26,651 nucleotides of DNA, taken from the IMG/VR virus record IMGVR_UViG_2609459847_000005; one strand, 5' to 3'. The notes beneath the pieces are model-generated. The model was not told where the DNA came from and ran no database searches. It saw nothing but the letters and a program-made list of their open reading frames with translations. Below, in pieces: positions 8,733 through 17,499 of this stretch (positions within the stretch are counted from its first letter, which is position 1; every line of letters begins with the position of its first letter). Source of the DNA: a virus. Taxonomy: Duplodnaviria > Heunggongvirae > Uroviricota > Caudoviricetes. The translations under genes were made by a program, and so were the position numbers.

Positions 8733-9566
8733 TCAGCAATTGGTCAGAGTGTCAGCGGGGGCGTTGCCGCCTGTTGCACGCTGGCGGTAGTCCTGGCGGC
8801 TGTCTTCATGACTCAGCTTATCCACCAGTTCGTTAAAGGCGGTTTGCTGCTCCTGCAGAGCAGTCTCCAGCTCAGACAGGCGTTCTTCCTGCTCAGACAG
8901 GGATTTTTCGGTGCGCGTGCTCAGGTTCTGCTGCTCAGTGGCGACCAGTTCCACGGCCTTATGCACATCAGAGAACCGGACGTCATCGGACTGCTCTTTT
9001 TTGGTAAACAGCGCCGTGACGCGGGCAAACAGGGACGGCTTGTCCTCCTGGATTTCTTCCAGTTCGATCACCGTTTCCTCTGCAGCGGTAAAAAGATTGG
9101 CAGGATTCTGCTTGCGGTTTGCCAGCGGGTTATGGGCTGCACTGGCGCTGAATGTCAGCATTTCCGTACCCAGACTGGCGGGATCATCAGTGGCAGCCAG
9201 GCCGACCAGGTAGGCTTTGCCCGTATCAGCAAACTTCGGGCTGACTTCCATAGAGGTGAATAATTTCTGGCCTTTTTTCACCAGTTCCACCAGGGACTCC
9301 GTTGGCTCAACGTCGGCATACAGTGCCATCTTGCCTGCCAGCGGACCTTCCGCGATTTCTTCAGCAAACAGCGCCGTCACCTTGCCGTAGCGGTTAAACG
9401 TGCTGTCCGGCAGATAAGACTTAATGTGCTCAAGGTTAATCAGCGCGGTATACACCGCCGGGTTGTAGCTGGCTGCCATCTGTTCCAGCCATTCACGCTG
9501 GATTTCGCGTCCGTCGGTAGTGGCACCTTCCACCCCGATGCGAAAACGCTTTGCTTTCACTGTCAT
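8733..9566 (-). CDS. O: Capsid scaffolding protein (P2 gpO-like)
   Basis: 277-aa ORF (P2 O 284 aa), divergent from P; acidic coiled-coil-rich C-terminal half typical of scaffolds. Confidence 0.85.
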   Translation of the reverse strand: MTVKAKRFRIGVEGATTDGREIQREWLEQMAASYNPAVYTALINLEHIKSYLPDSTFNRYGKVTALFAEEIAEGPLAGKMALYADVEPTESLVELVKKGQKLFTSMEVSPKFADTGKAYLVGLAATDDPASLGTEMLTFSASAAHNPLANRKQNPANLFTAAEETVIELEEIQEDKPSLFARVTALFTKKEQSDDVRFSDVHKAVELVATEQQNLSTRTEKSLSEQEERLSELETALQEQQTAFNELVDKLSHEDSRQDYRQRATGGNAPADTLTNC

Positions 9567-9644
9567 GAGCCGTGCTCCGTTAGAAAAAACTTACTGGAGC
9601 CTTATGGTTGCGGTGATGGGGGCAGTGAAACAATGCGCGGTATT

Positions 9645-9662
9645 TGTACCGACAACCACACA
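9645..9662. promoter_or_regulatory. TGT-N12-ACA dyad in the O/P divergent late-promoter region
   Basis: TGTaccgacaaccacACA at 9645..9662, about 85 bp upstream of the O start, spacing compatible with an Ogr/B-type activator site for P_O. Confidence 0.4.
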
Positions 9663-9708
9663 AACCGCAGGCGGGGAAAGCCTTCATTCAAGGCTGTAGG
9701 TTTGTGCC

Positions 9709-11475
9709 ATGAACACCACACTGACACCCGCAGATCTCGATCCCCGTCGGCAGGCCATGCTGCTGTACTTTCAGGGATACCGCGTAGCCCGCATTGCTGA
9801 AATGCTGGGCGAGAAAGTTGCAACCGTTCACAGCTGGAAAAAACGCGACAAGTGGGGTGACTATGGGCCGCTGGATCAGATGCAGCTCACCACCGCCGCC
9901 CGCTACTGCCAGCTCATTATGAAGGAGCACAAAGAAGGGAAAGATTTCAAAGAAATTGACCTGCTGGCGCGCCAGTCGGAGCGCCACGCGCGGATCGGCA
10001 AGTTTAACAATGGCGGCAACGAAGCCGACTTAAACCCTAACGTCGCCAACCGCAACAAAGGGCCGCGCCGTCAGCCGGAAAAGAATGTTTTCACCGATGA
10101 ACAGATTGAGAAGCTGGAAGAAATCTTCCATTCCTCCATGTTCAACTACCAGCGCCACTGGTGGGAAGCCGGAAAAACCAATCGCATCCGCAACCTGCTG
10201 AAGTCTCGCCAGATCGGCGCGACCTTTTACTTTGCCCGTGAAGCCCTGATTGACGCCCTGCTGACCGGACGTAACCAGATTTTCCTTTCCGCCAGTAAGG
10301 CACAGGCCCACGTCTTTAAGCAGTACATCATCGACTTCGCCAAAGAAGTGGATGTGGAACTGAAAGGCGATCCGATGGTGCTTCCTAACGGGGCCACGCT
10401 TTACTTCCTCGGCACCAATGCCCGCACGGCCCAGAGTTACCACGGCAACCTGTATCTGGATGAATATTTCTGGATACCGAAATTCCAGGAGCTGCGCAAA
10501 GTGGCTTCCGGTATGGCTATTCACAAAAAATGGCGACAAACCTATTTTTCCACGCCATCCAGCCTGACACACAGTGCTTATCCGTTCTGGTCCGGTGCGC
10601 TGTTCAACCGAGGGCGCAACAAAGCCGATAAGGTGGACATCGACCTGTCCCACAGCAATCTGGCCCCCGGCCTGCTGTGCGCAGACGGGCAGTACCGCCA
10701 GATAGTCACCGTGGAAGATGCGGTGCGCGGCGGCTGTAACCTGTTCGACCTTGACCAGTTGCGCATGGAGTACAGCCCGGACGAATACCAGAACCTGCTG
10801 ATGTGCGAGTTCGTGGACGATCTCGCGTCCGTGTTCCCGCTCAGCGAGCTGCAGGCGTGCATGGTGGACAGTTGGGAAGTCTGGACCGACTTTCATGCAC
10901 TGGCCCTGCGCCCGTTTGGCTGGCGCGAAGTGTGGATCGGATATGACCCGGCGAAAGGTACGCAGAACGGCGACAGCGCCGGATGCGTGGTGGTGGCGCC
11001 GCCAGCCGTGCCGGGCGGTAAGTTCCGCATTCTTGAGCGTCACCAGTGGCGCGGAATGGACTTCCGCGCCCAGGCTGACGCCATCAAAAAACTGACCGAA
11101 CAGTACAACGTGACCTATATCGGTATCGACTCAACCGGCGTTGGTCACGGGGTTTACGAGAACGTGAAAGCGTTTTTTCCTGCCGTCCGGGAGTTTGTCT
11201 ACAACCCCAACGTTAAAAACGCCCTGGTACTCAAGGCCTACGACATTATCAGCCACCGCCGTCTGGAGTTTGACGCCGGACACACCGACATAGCGCAGTC
11301 CTTTATGGCAATCCGTCGCGCCACCACCGCCAGTGGCAACCGCCCGACCTATGAAGCCAGCCGCAGCGAAGAAGCCAGCCACGCCGATCTGGCCTGGGCA
11401 ACGATGCACGCACTGTTTAACGAACCGCTGCAGGGCGAATCCGCCAATACCAGCAATATTGTGGAGATTTTTTGA
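9709..11475 (+). CDS. P: Terminase large (ATPase) subunit (P2 gpP-like)
   Basis: 588-aa ORF (P2 P 590 aa); divergent from O; stop overlaps the Q start. Confidence 0.9.
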   Translation: MNTTLTPADLDPRRQAMLLYFQGYRVARIAEMLGEKVATVHSWKKRDKWGDYGPLDQMQLTTAARYCQLIMKEHKEGKDFKEIDLLARQSERHARIGKFNNGGNEADLNPNVANRNKGPRRQPEKNVFTDEQIEKLEEIFHSSMFNYQRHWWEAGKTNRIRNLLKSRQIGATFYFAREALIDALLTGRNQIFLSASKAQAHVFKQYIIDFAKEVDVELKGDPMVLPNGATLYFLGTNARTAQSYHGNLYLDEYFWIPKFQELRKVASGMAIHKKWRQTYFSTPSSLTHSAYPFWSGALFNRGRNKADKVDIDLSHSNLAPGLLCADGQYRQIVTVEDAVRGGCNLFDLDQLRMEYSPDEYQNLLMCEFVDDLASVFPLSELQACMVDSWEVWTDFHALALRPFGWREVWIGYDPAKGTQNGDSAGCVVVAPPAVPGGKFRILERHQWRGMDFRAQADAIKKLTEQYNVTYIGIDSTGVGHGVYENVKAFFPAVREFVYNPNVKNALVLKAYDIISHRRLEFDAGHTDIAQSFMAIRRATTASGNRPTYEASRSEEASHADLAWATMHALFNEPLQGESANTSNIVEIF

Positions 11476-12509
11476 TGGGAAAGAGTAAGAAGAACCGCGC
11501 TGCGGCGACGAAACAGATCCAGCTTAAAAGTCAAACTACAGCCGAAGCATTCAGCTTCGGCGATCCCGTTCCTGTTCTGGACCGCCGAGAACTGCTGGAT
11601 TATGTGGAATGCGTACAGATGGACCGCTGGTATGAGCCGCCCGTCAGCTTTGACGGACTGGCGCGCACCTTCCGCGCTGCCGTGCATCATAGTTCCCCGA
11701 TTGCAGTAAAGTGCAACATTCTGACCAGCACCTACATCCCTCACCCGCTGCTCAGCCAGCAGGCTTTTTCGCGTTTTGTGCAGGACTATCTGGTTTTTGG
11801 TAACGCCTACCTGGAGAAACGCACGAACCGCTTCGGTGAAGTTATCGCCCTTGAGCCTGCACTGGCAAAATACACCCGACGCGGGTTAGACCTGGATACC
11901 TACTGGTTTGTGCAATACGGTATGACAACCCAGCCGTATCAGTTCACGAAAGGCAGCATTTTTCATCTGATGGAACCGGATATTAATCAGGAGATCTACG
12001 GCCTGCCCGGTTATCTTTCTGCCATTCCGTCAGCCCTGCTCAACGAGTCCGCCACGCTGTTCCGTCGCAAGTATTACATTAACGGCAGTCATGCGGGCTT
12101 TATCATGTACATGACCGATGCCGCGCAAAACCAGGAGGATGTGAACAACCTCCGCAATGCGATGAAAAGCGCCAAAGGTCCAGGCAACTTCCGCAACCTG
12201 TTTATGTACTCGCCTAACGGCAAAAAAGACGGGCTTCAGATCATCCCATTGTCAGAAGTCGCGGCGAAGGATGAGTTTTTGAATATCAAAAATGTCAGCC
12301 GCGACGACATGATGGCTGCGCACCGCGTGCCGCCGCAAATGATGGGGATTATGCCTAATAATGTTGGAGGGTTTGGGGATGTGGAGAAGGCTAGTCGCGT
12401 ATTTGTACGTAATGAATTAACGCCCTTGCAAAAAAGGCTACAAGAGCTGAACGACTGGCTGGGCGAAGAAGTGATTAAATTTACGCCCTATATTCTTTCA
12501 GAAGAATAA
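11475..12509 (+). CDS. Q: Portal protein (P2 gpQ-like)
   Basis: ORF 11472..12509; first track codon is TTG, second is ATG at 11475, overlapping the P stop (TGATG); 344 aa, matching P2 Q. Confidence 0.9.
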   Translation: MGKSKKNRAAATKQIQLKSQTTAEAFSFGDPVPVLDRRELLDYVECVQMDRWYEPPVSFDGLARTFRAAVHHSSPIAVKCNILTSTYIPHPLLSQQAFSRFVQDYLVFGNAYLEKRTNRFGEVIALEPALAKYTRRGLDLDTYWFVQYGMTTQPYQFTKGSIFHLMEPDINQEIYGLPGYLSAIPSALLNESATLFRRKYYINGSHAGFIMYMTDAAQNQEDVNNLRNAMKSAKGPGNFRNLFMYSPNGKKDGLQIIPLSEVAAKDEFLNIKNVSRDDMMAAHRVPPQMMGIMPNNVGGFGDVEKASRVFVRNELTPLQKRLQELNDWLGEEVIKFTPYILSEE

Positions 12510-12517
12510 TTCCGAAC

Positions 12518-13216
12518 TTATTTGTTTCTTCTTTGTTCACGCCTTGTCTTGGCTTCGATAAGGCGTTGAGGTTCAGTGTAAAGCCGTTCTAAAAAAAGAT
12601 AGGTAAAATCTTCAAGATCCTCAGCAGCAGCTTTATCCAAAATACCTTCATGCGCTCCATCATTTCCGTCATCTTTAACGCATTCAGCTAGTTCCCTTAA
12701 AGCTTCAGGCAGTAGATGATTATCAAATAACCACTCCATTCTTAACCCTAGGCTTCTCCTTATTTTTTGCGCAGGCCCTTGCTCCCCATCAGGAAGAAGT
12801 CCTTTTGTGGCATAATCAAGGCAAAGCCTAAACATGGTTGCTGCTGCATTATAACAACCTATAGCCAAACATTTCGCCCCTTCCTCATATGCACTATTGA
12901 TATGCTCAGGTAAGAACTCTGGTGGCTCCTCTACTGCTAAGTCTGCCGGTGATATAGGCCTAACAACCTCTGCAACTTCCTTTAAGCCGAATATTCCACT
13001 TTCCCAATTATAGCCATCTAAAGTTTTATTTTTCGTTAAAGGTCTGCAAAGAAACATTGTCGTTTTATGACACTCTCGGCAAACACAATAGACCTCGTAC
13101 TCGTATGTTTTACCCCCGCCCAATGCATTGTAAACCCTAGTGCAATTCAGCCCATTAACATCAAACGCTATTTTTTGTGATCCACATCGTGGACAGTCAT
13201 CCACTAACATAACCAT
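12518..13216 (-). CDS. Hypothetical protein (232 aa): N-terminal zinc ribbon plus C-terminal alpha-helical domain (HEPN/DUF4145-like?)
   Basis: Strong GGGAGGAG Shine-Dalgarno before ATG 13216. N-terminus has CPRCGS...C..CVCRECH (Cys4-type ribbon); C-terminal region has GNDGAH (an NxxxH motif) in a predicted helical domain. AT-rich; sits between the Q 3' end and the putative cos site. Confidence 0.75.
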   Translation of the reverse strand: MVMLVDDCPRCGSQKIAFDVNGLNCTRVYNALGGGKTYEYEVYCVCRECHKTTMFLCRPLTKNKTLDGYNWESGIFGLKEVAEVVRPISPADLAVEEPPEFLPEHINSAYEEGAKCLAIGCYNAAATMFRLCLDYATKGLLPDGEQGPAQKIRRSLGLRMEWLFDNHLLPEALRELAECVKDDGNDGAHEGILDKAAAEDLEDFTYLFLERLYTEPQRLIEAKTRREQRRNK

Positions 13217-13317
13217 GTCAATTACTCCTCCCTATGAAAAAAATGAGTTGAAAAATTGAATATTCACGACTTAAAAAGCTAGCCTATTTAACACCATAAT
13301 TTCATTAATTCAACCAT

Positions 13318-13345
13318 GAGCGCGCGCTCGTATCCCCGCCACGCC
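13318..13345. other. Candidate cos site with adjacent 12-bp perfect palindrome
   Basis: Reverse complement of 13327..13345 is GGCGTGGCGGGGATACGAG; the first 13 nt match the 186-type cohesive end as I recall it (GGCGTGGCGGGGAAAGCAT). Palindrome GAGCGCGCGCTC at 13318..13329. Location between Q and the old/tin-equivalent region fits P2-family genome organisation. Confidence 0.5.
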
Positions 13346-13390
13346 TGCCCGCTTTATGTAGTGGTTTTCATGCGCCTGCATGACATAAGC

Positions 13391-13414
13391 AAAAGCCCGC
13401 CATTCCTAGCGGGC
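13391..13414 (-). terminator. Rho-independent terminator candidate for the minus-strand cargo operon
   Basis: Minus strand reads GCCCGC-taggaatg-GCGGGC followed by TTTT; about 90 nt downstream of the 203-aa gene stop. Confidence 0.55.
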
Positions 13415-13505
13415 CTCAGCTAAAACGATCCTCAAACGATCATGCGGATTCATGCGGCATAGACATGCACAATCGCCAAAGCGGGCATCGAGACTTTTTG
13501 GAAAA

Positions 13506-14117
13506 CTACGTAACCACAGTTAATGTGTGCATCCTGTCTCGAATTGCATCACACGTCTCATCAAAAAGCTTGGTGATGGTTGTACGGTTCAACTCTGCCT
13601 CTTTCCAATAATTTTGCCAGTCAAATTCTGGATCGCCATGCTGAAACGATATTGACTCTGAAAGGCATTCCTTCCGGAAACGGTCCAAGATTATATAAAC
13701 CTCTGGTGAGATGAACGGTTTGTTAGACTCAACACTTGTAACAAAAGTATTAAATGCATCGAAAAAAACTTTCAACCTTCTAAATTTTCTCTCTTCAAAT
13801 GGTTCGTTGGGGTCAAAATGATCCAGCGCAGGCCTCAGCTTAAGCACGCTTTCTCTGGTTTCAAACATCGAATTCCAAATGAGACTATATGCTGATAACT
13901 CCTTATCAAAATACGCTTTCGTTACATAAACAGAATTGTCTAACTTAGCCTTTATTCTTTCATTAGTTGCACTCAGTTGTGATTGAAATTCAGCAATATC
14001 TTTGTTTAGCCGCGACTTATATCTTTCTAAATAAACTTTCCCGATCCAAACAAATATGCCAGATGCAACAAAAGACACCCCACCCAACGAAGCCAGAATT
14101 TTAAAGACTAAATCCAT
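13506..14117 (-). CDS. Hypothetical membrane-anchored protein (203 aa)
   Basis: ATG 14117 preceded by AGGTGGGGG; N-terminal TM helix (ILASLGGVSFVASGIFVWIGKVY) followed by a charged, helix-rich soluble domain; AT-rich; no recognisable domain. Confidence 0.75.
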   Translation of the reverse strand: MDLVFKILASLGGVSFVASGIFVWIGKVYLERYKSRLNKDIAEFQSQLSATNERIKAKLDNSVYVTKAYFDKELSAYSLIWNSMFETRESVLKLRPALDHFDPNEPFEERKFRRLKVFFDAFNTFVTSVESNKPFISPEVYIILDRFRKECLSESISFQHGDPEFDWQNYWKEAELNRTTITKLFDETCDAIRDRMHTLTVVT

Positions 14118-14165
14118 TGCGCCCCCACCTGCAAAAATAGTATTCCATTATAAGCTAATACATTT

Positions 14166-14426
14166 TTAATCAAACAGGGAATAATTCGCGTCAACCTCAT
14201 CACTTCTCTGCTCTACCCTGGTGACTTCCATCAAAAACTCCAGGCCGTCATATAGCGAAACGGGGAATTCCAGCTCAAGCCAGAAGCAGTCTTCATAGGT
14301 GCGGCCCAACCAAAAACCTCCGCCACACTCCTTTGGGCGTTGAAAGAAGACCCAGCCGCCAGGGGTAAACCGTTCCAGCACCTGGCCCCGATAAATAATC
14401 TGGTGATTACTGTCTTTTTTACCCAT
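14166..14426 (-). CDS. Hypothetical small protein (86 aa)
   Basis: ORF 14166..14477 starts at TTG; internal ATG at 14426 (MGKKDSNHQIIYRGQ...) preferred. Lies between the DinI-like gene and the TM protein gene. Coding status moderately supported. Confidence 0.5.
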   Translation of the reverse strand: MGKKDSNHQIIYRGQVLERFTPGGWVFFQRPKECGGGFWLGRTYEDCFWLELEFPVSLYDGLEFLMEVTRVEQRSDEVDANYSLFD

Positions 14427-14499
14427 GGCTAACGCCTCGCTACTCTCGTTGTTCAACCTTGCTGACGTCAGAATCAAGTTCTTACATCAGGAACGTTCC

Positions 14500-14733
14500 T
14501 TAGTGCAGCCAGCTGTCGTCTTCCCAAACCTGCTGCATAATTTCCATCACCCGCTTTTTGTCTTCATCAAGCTTTAAGCCACTCAGCTCAACGCCGTTTG
14601 CCGACCCTTTACGGATGCGGATAGCTGTCTTGGGATAGATGGGTTGCAGGTTGCGGTAAAGCTCGGACTCCAGAGCGTCCAGGGTAGACTGGCTAATCTT
14701 CTGCTCTTTATCGATCATTATTTCAATGCGCAT
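14500..14733 (-). CDS. DinI-family protein (Tum-like antirepressor C-terminal module)
   Basis: Start moved to internal ATG 14733 with GAGGTG Shine-Dalgarno; MRIEIMIDKEQKISQSTLDALESELYRNLQPIYPKTAIRIRKGSANGVELSGLKLDEDKKRVMEIMQQVWEDDSW resembles E. coli DinI (MRIEVTIAK...ETWESADDWF). It is downstream of LexA boxes, as for the 186 tum gene. Confidence 0.8.
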   Translation of the reverse strand: MRIEIMIDKEQKISQSTLDALESELYRNLQPIYPKTAIRIRKGSANGVELSGLKLDEDKKRVMEIMQQVWEDDSWLH

Positions 14734-14743
14734 AAAAGTCACC

Positions 14744-14932
14744 TCAGCTGATGACATCCATTGAGCGGTTGTATTCGTGGGTTCTGATTTTTGCCATGAG
14801 TTCATCTGTCAGTTCAGAAACCCACTGCAGGGCCAGCCCCTTCTCTTCATCACTACACTCACTAGCCGCTACAAGCTTAAGAAAAAAATCAATGCGCTGG
14901 AGCTTCAAAGACTCCAAAAAATAGTCCTGCAT
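14744..14932 (-). CDS. Small protein (62 aa) upstream of the DinI-like gene; possible N-terminal part of a split tum-like module
   Basis: ATG 14932 with AGGAGGAA Shine-Dalgarno; first gene downstream of the LexA-box promoter; 11-nt gap to the DinI-like gene. Confidence 0.65.
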   Translation of the reverse strand: MQDYFLESLKLQRIDFFLKLVAASECSDEEKGLALQWVSELTDELMAKIRTHEYNRSMDVIS

Positions 14933-14959
14933 CTTTCCTCCTATGACACCAAAGCAACA

Positions 14960-14990
14960 CTGTATACATAACCACTGTTTATATTTACAG
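14960..14990 (-). promoter_or_regulatory. LexA operators (SOS boxes) overlapping the promoter of the tum-like operon
   Basis: CTGTTTATATTTACAG at 14975..14990 is a perfect CTGT-N8-ACAG box; the adjacent CTGTATACATAACCAC (14960..14975) is a weaker second box; both are just upstream of the 62-aa gene start. Confidence 0.75.
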
Positions 14991-15084
14991 TATATAATAA
15001 TCTTACTGATGTAAAACGTTTTTTTACGCTCATCAGCCTGATATGCCTGGTATTATTAAGAGCACGAATTGTTAACCTGCGTAA

Positions 15085-17499
15085 TTAATACAGGTTCCGC
15101 CATTTATCATCCTCCTGCAGACGCTGGTTCCGATAGAAGATACGCAGGCCTGCTCCTGACGGAATACTGCCGCCGCGAAGGAGTAAATCGACCTCTTTCT
15201 CGCTGCCATCAAATCCTCTGGACTTCAGTTCATAGACGAGCTGCTGTCGCTGATGATCTGTAATTCGCTGTTTGTAGTCTTTACGCCGTTTCGGTTTAAC
15301 CAGGCGTAACCTTGCTGCCAGTTCCCGGCGCTCTTTTTTGCTCATACTGTGCAGGTAATCGTGCAATTCCTTGTCATCCATGCGGGTGATTTCCGTTCTG
15401 GTATCCCCATCAGCTGATTTGTCTTTCCCTTGTTGGTTCAAATTTTCAGCAAGGGGACAGTTATTGCCACGAGTCCAAGGGGCGCAAGCGCCCTGGTCGG
15501 CTGCCGCCTCCTGAACGTCAACGGCTTTACGAACCATTTTCCACTTCACTGCATGAGTGCAGATCTTGCCCTCTGCAATGGGTGACCAGATGCCATAAAT
15601 ACGAATGCCGTGATCGCCATAGGCGGTCGGCTCTTCGTTGATTTCATAAGCGGTTCTGATGAGGTGATATTTACGGGGAACCAGTACGCCGCCCTGCTTC
15701 ATGATGTAGGTGGCAAAACAACCAGCATCAGCAGCAGCCAGAATGGCATCAAGACGCGGGTTATCCAGTACCGGCGCACCTACTTTTTTGTCACCCTGTT
15801 GCCTTGCCGCCTGACCAGCCAGCAAGCGAAGTTCACGGTAAGCCTGACGCCCCGGAATACCAAAGAAGCGGAATTGCTGAACACGATGCAGAGACGCCCA
15901 GGCATTCACGTATTCAGCGTTATCACGCAGAGATTTACCCGTTTCCTTGCTGATCTCGCCAGCCAGACCACGACCGTCAATGTTCTTACTGATATATTTC
16001 GCGATGTAGCTTGTCGGCGTTCCTTTGCGCGGGTTAATCAACTCAGACTTAAAGCGCGGCCCAGTGTTATTGCCCAGCTCCTCGCGGTCTTCACGGGTGG
16101 CAAACTTACGCAGTAATGCAGTGATGGCACGGCGGTCTTTTTTGCGCATGAAACACAACAGGTGCCAGTGAACGGGGCCGTCATGATGCGGCTCAGCCCC
16201 CCGCACGCCATACCAGCGCAACCCGGCTTTGTGCATCGCCTTACGAAATGCAGCAAACATGCCGACCAGATAATCGCTGCTTTGTCTTACCGTCGCGTTT
16301 GTCCAGGTCGGGTTTGGTCTGCCGTTATTTAGCGTGGAATGGAAACGCGACGGACAGGTGATAGTGTAGAAAACGGCGCAGTCACCGCGCATTTCCGCGA
16401 TAAGCTCCAGACCTTTAACACAGGCCATCATCTCATTGCGGCGATGCGCAGGGTTGCTGCTGCTGGCGTTTACCACATCCTCCATGTCCAGCGTGTCGCC
16501 GTCTTCGTTCACCAGTTCATGAGAACGGAAAAACTCCAGCGACTTACGGCGCTGCTCACGTTTATGCATCACGGCTTCATAGCTGACATAAGGAGATGCT
16601 TTTTTGCTGACCAGGCAAACAGCGCGCAACTGCTCTTCCCGCCATTCGCAACGCATCTTCCATAATTTCCGATACCACCAGTCGCCGCACAACATACGCG
16701 CCAGCGAACCCGGAATGAGTTCATAGGGCACGGGTTTACGGCGGTTTCTTTTCCGACGGAGTTGCTCAAACGCAGGTGGGATGACATCCAGACGCAGGGT
16801 TTCCGCCGCCACCTTTTCCCATGTCTTGCGGATTTCTTCTGGCTTAACGTCATCGGTGGCATACAAATCGCCACAAGCTGCATCAAGGCACATGCTCATA
16901 TGCGCAGCTACCAGGGTGGACAGGCGTTTCACATGATCCTGACTCATTTCAGGCAGGATCAGCAGGCCGTCCAGCCCTTCATGGCTTGCCATAAAGCGAA
17001 AAGAAGTGGATAGCTGACTCTCGCGTACATGCTCCAGTCGTTCCAGACATGGCTTAATCGTCTCACGCAAATAGCGGGAATAAGCCTTTGGCCTGCCCAG
17101 GCTGCTGAAGTATTCAATACGTTGCATCAGCGGCTTGCTGATATGGGAAGGCTGGGCGTTGACGTCCGCCAGAATGACCATATCCGGATTAAAACGCTGC
17201 TGCTCATGCGCCAGCTTTGCCCGGCTAATGAGCTTATCCTGCTCCATTTCGCGCTGGACAGGATCACGGGATTCATTAAAGAAATAACGCTCCCAGACCT
17301 GATCACTCAGTGCCTCGCGGCGCAGTTGTTCCTGCTCGTTATCGGCAGCGTACAGAGTGATCAGGTTTGAAAGCGCAGAAACCGGCGCAACTTCTGCCGG
17401 GTCCAGATAAGGGTTAATAGCCTTTTTCGGGCTGTCCCATGAGAATGCTGCGGCGGCCTCGTTAAAGCCGCTGCAGTTGTTCATATCAGCATGGCTCAT
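15085..17499 (-). CDS. A: Replication initiation endonuclease (P2 gpA-like rolling-circle Rep)
   Basis: 804-aa ORF; HUH-type motif (PVHWHLLCF) and tyrosine-containing [12 protein letters not shown]; ATG overlaps the dam stop; P2 A is about 761 aa. Confidence 0.9.
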   Translation of the reverse strand: MSHADMNNCSGFNEAAAAFSWDSPKKAINPYLDPAEVAPVSALSNLITLYAADNEQEQLRREALSDQVWERYFFNESRDPVQREMEQDKLISRAKLAHEQQRFNPDMVILADVNAQPSHISKPLMQRIEYFSSLGRPKAYSRYLRETIKPCLERLEHVRESQLSTSFRFMASHEGLDGLLILPEMSQDHVKRLSTLVAAHMSMCLDAACGDLYATDDVKPEEIRKTWEKVAAETLRLDVIPPAFEQLRRKRNRRKPVPYELIPGSLARMLCGDWWYRKLWKMRCEWREEQLRAVCLVSKKASPYVSYEAVMHKREQRRKSLEFFRSHELVNEDGDTLDMEDVVNASSSNPAHRRNEMMACVKGLELIAEMRGDCAVFYTITCPSRFHSTLNNGRPNPTWTNATVRQSSDYLVGMFAAFRKAMHKAGLRWYGVRGAEPHHDGPVHWHLLCFMRKKDRRAITALLRKFATREDREELGNNTGPRFKSELINPRKGTPTSYIAKYISKNIDGRGLAGEISKETGKSLRDNAEYVNAWASLHRVQQFRFFGIPGRQAYRELRLLAGQAARQQGDKKVGAPVLDNPRLDAILAAADAGCFATYIMKQGGVLVPRKYHLIRTAYEINEEPTAYGDHGIRIYGIWSPIAEGKICTHAVKWKMVRKAVDVQEAAADQGACAPWTRGNNCPLAENLNQQGKDKSADGDTRTEITRMDDKELHDYLHSMSKKERRELAARLRLVKPKRRKDYKQRITDHQRQQLVYELKSRGFDGSEKEVDLLLRGGSIPSGAGLRIFYRNQRLQEDDKWRNLY

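Noticed and set aside
7325-8836. 503-aa plus-strand ORF
   Set aside because: Antisense to major capsid gene N and terminase gene M; Arg/Gly/His-rich low-complexity translation typical of a GC-rich antisense frame.
10030-11043. 337-aa minus-strand ORF
   Set aside because: Lies entirely inside, and antisense to, the terminase large subunit gene P, which has a confident full-length frame.
15610-17370. Plus-strand ORFs 15610..16116, 16339..16665, 16762..17013 and 17029..17370
   Set aside because: All are antisense to the replication gene A, which forms one continuous 804-aa frame with HUH motif.
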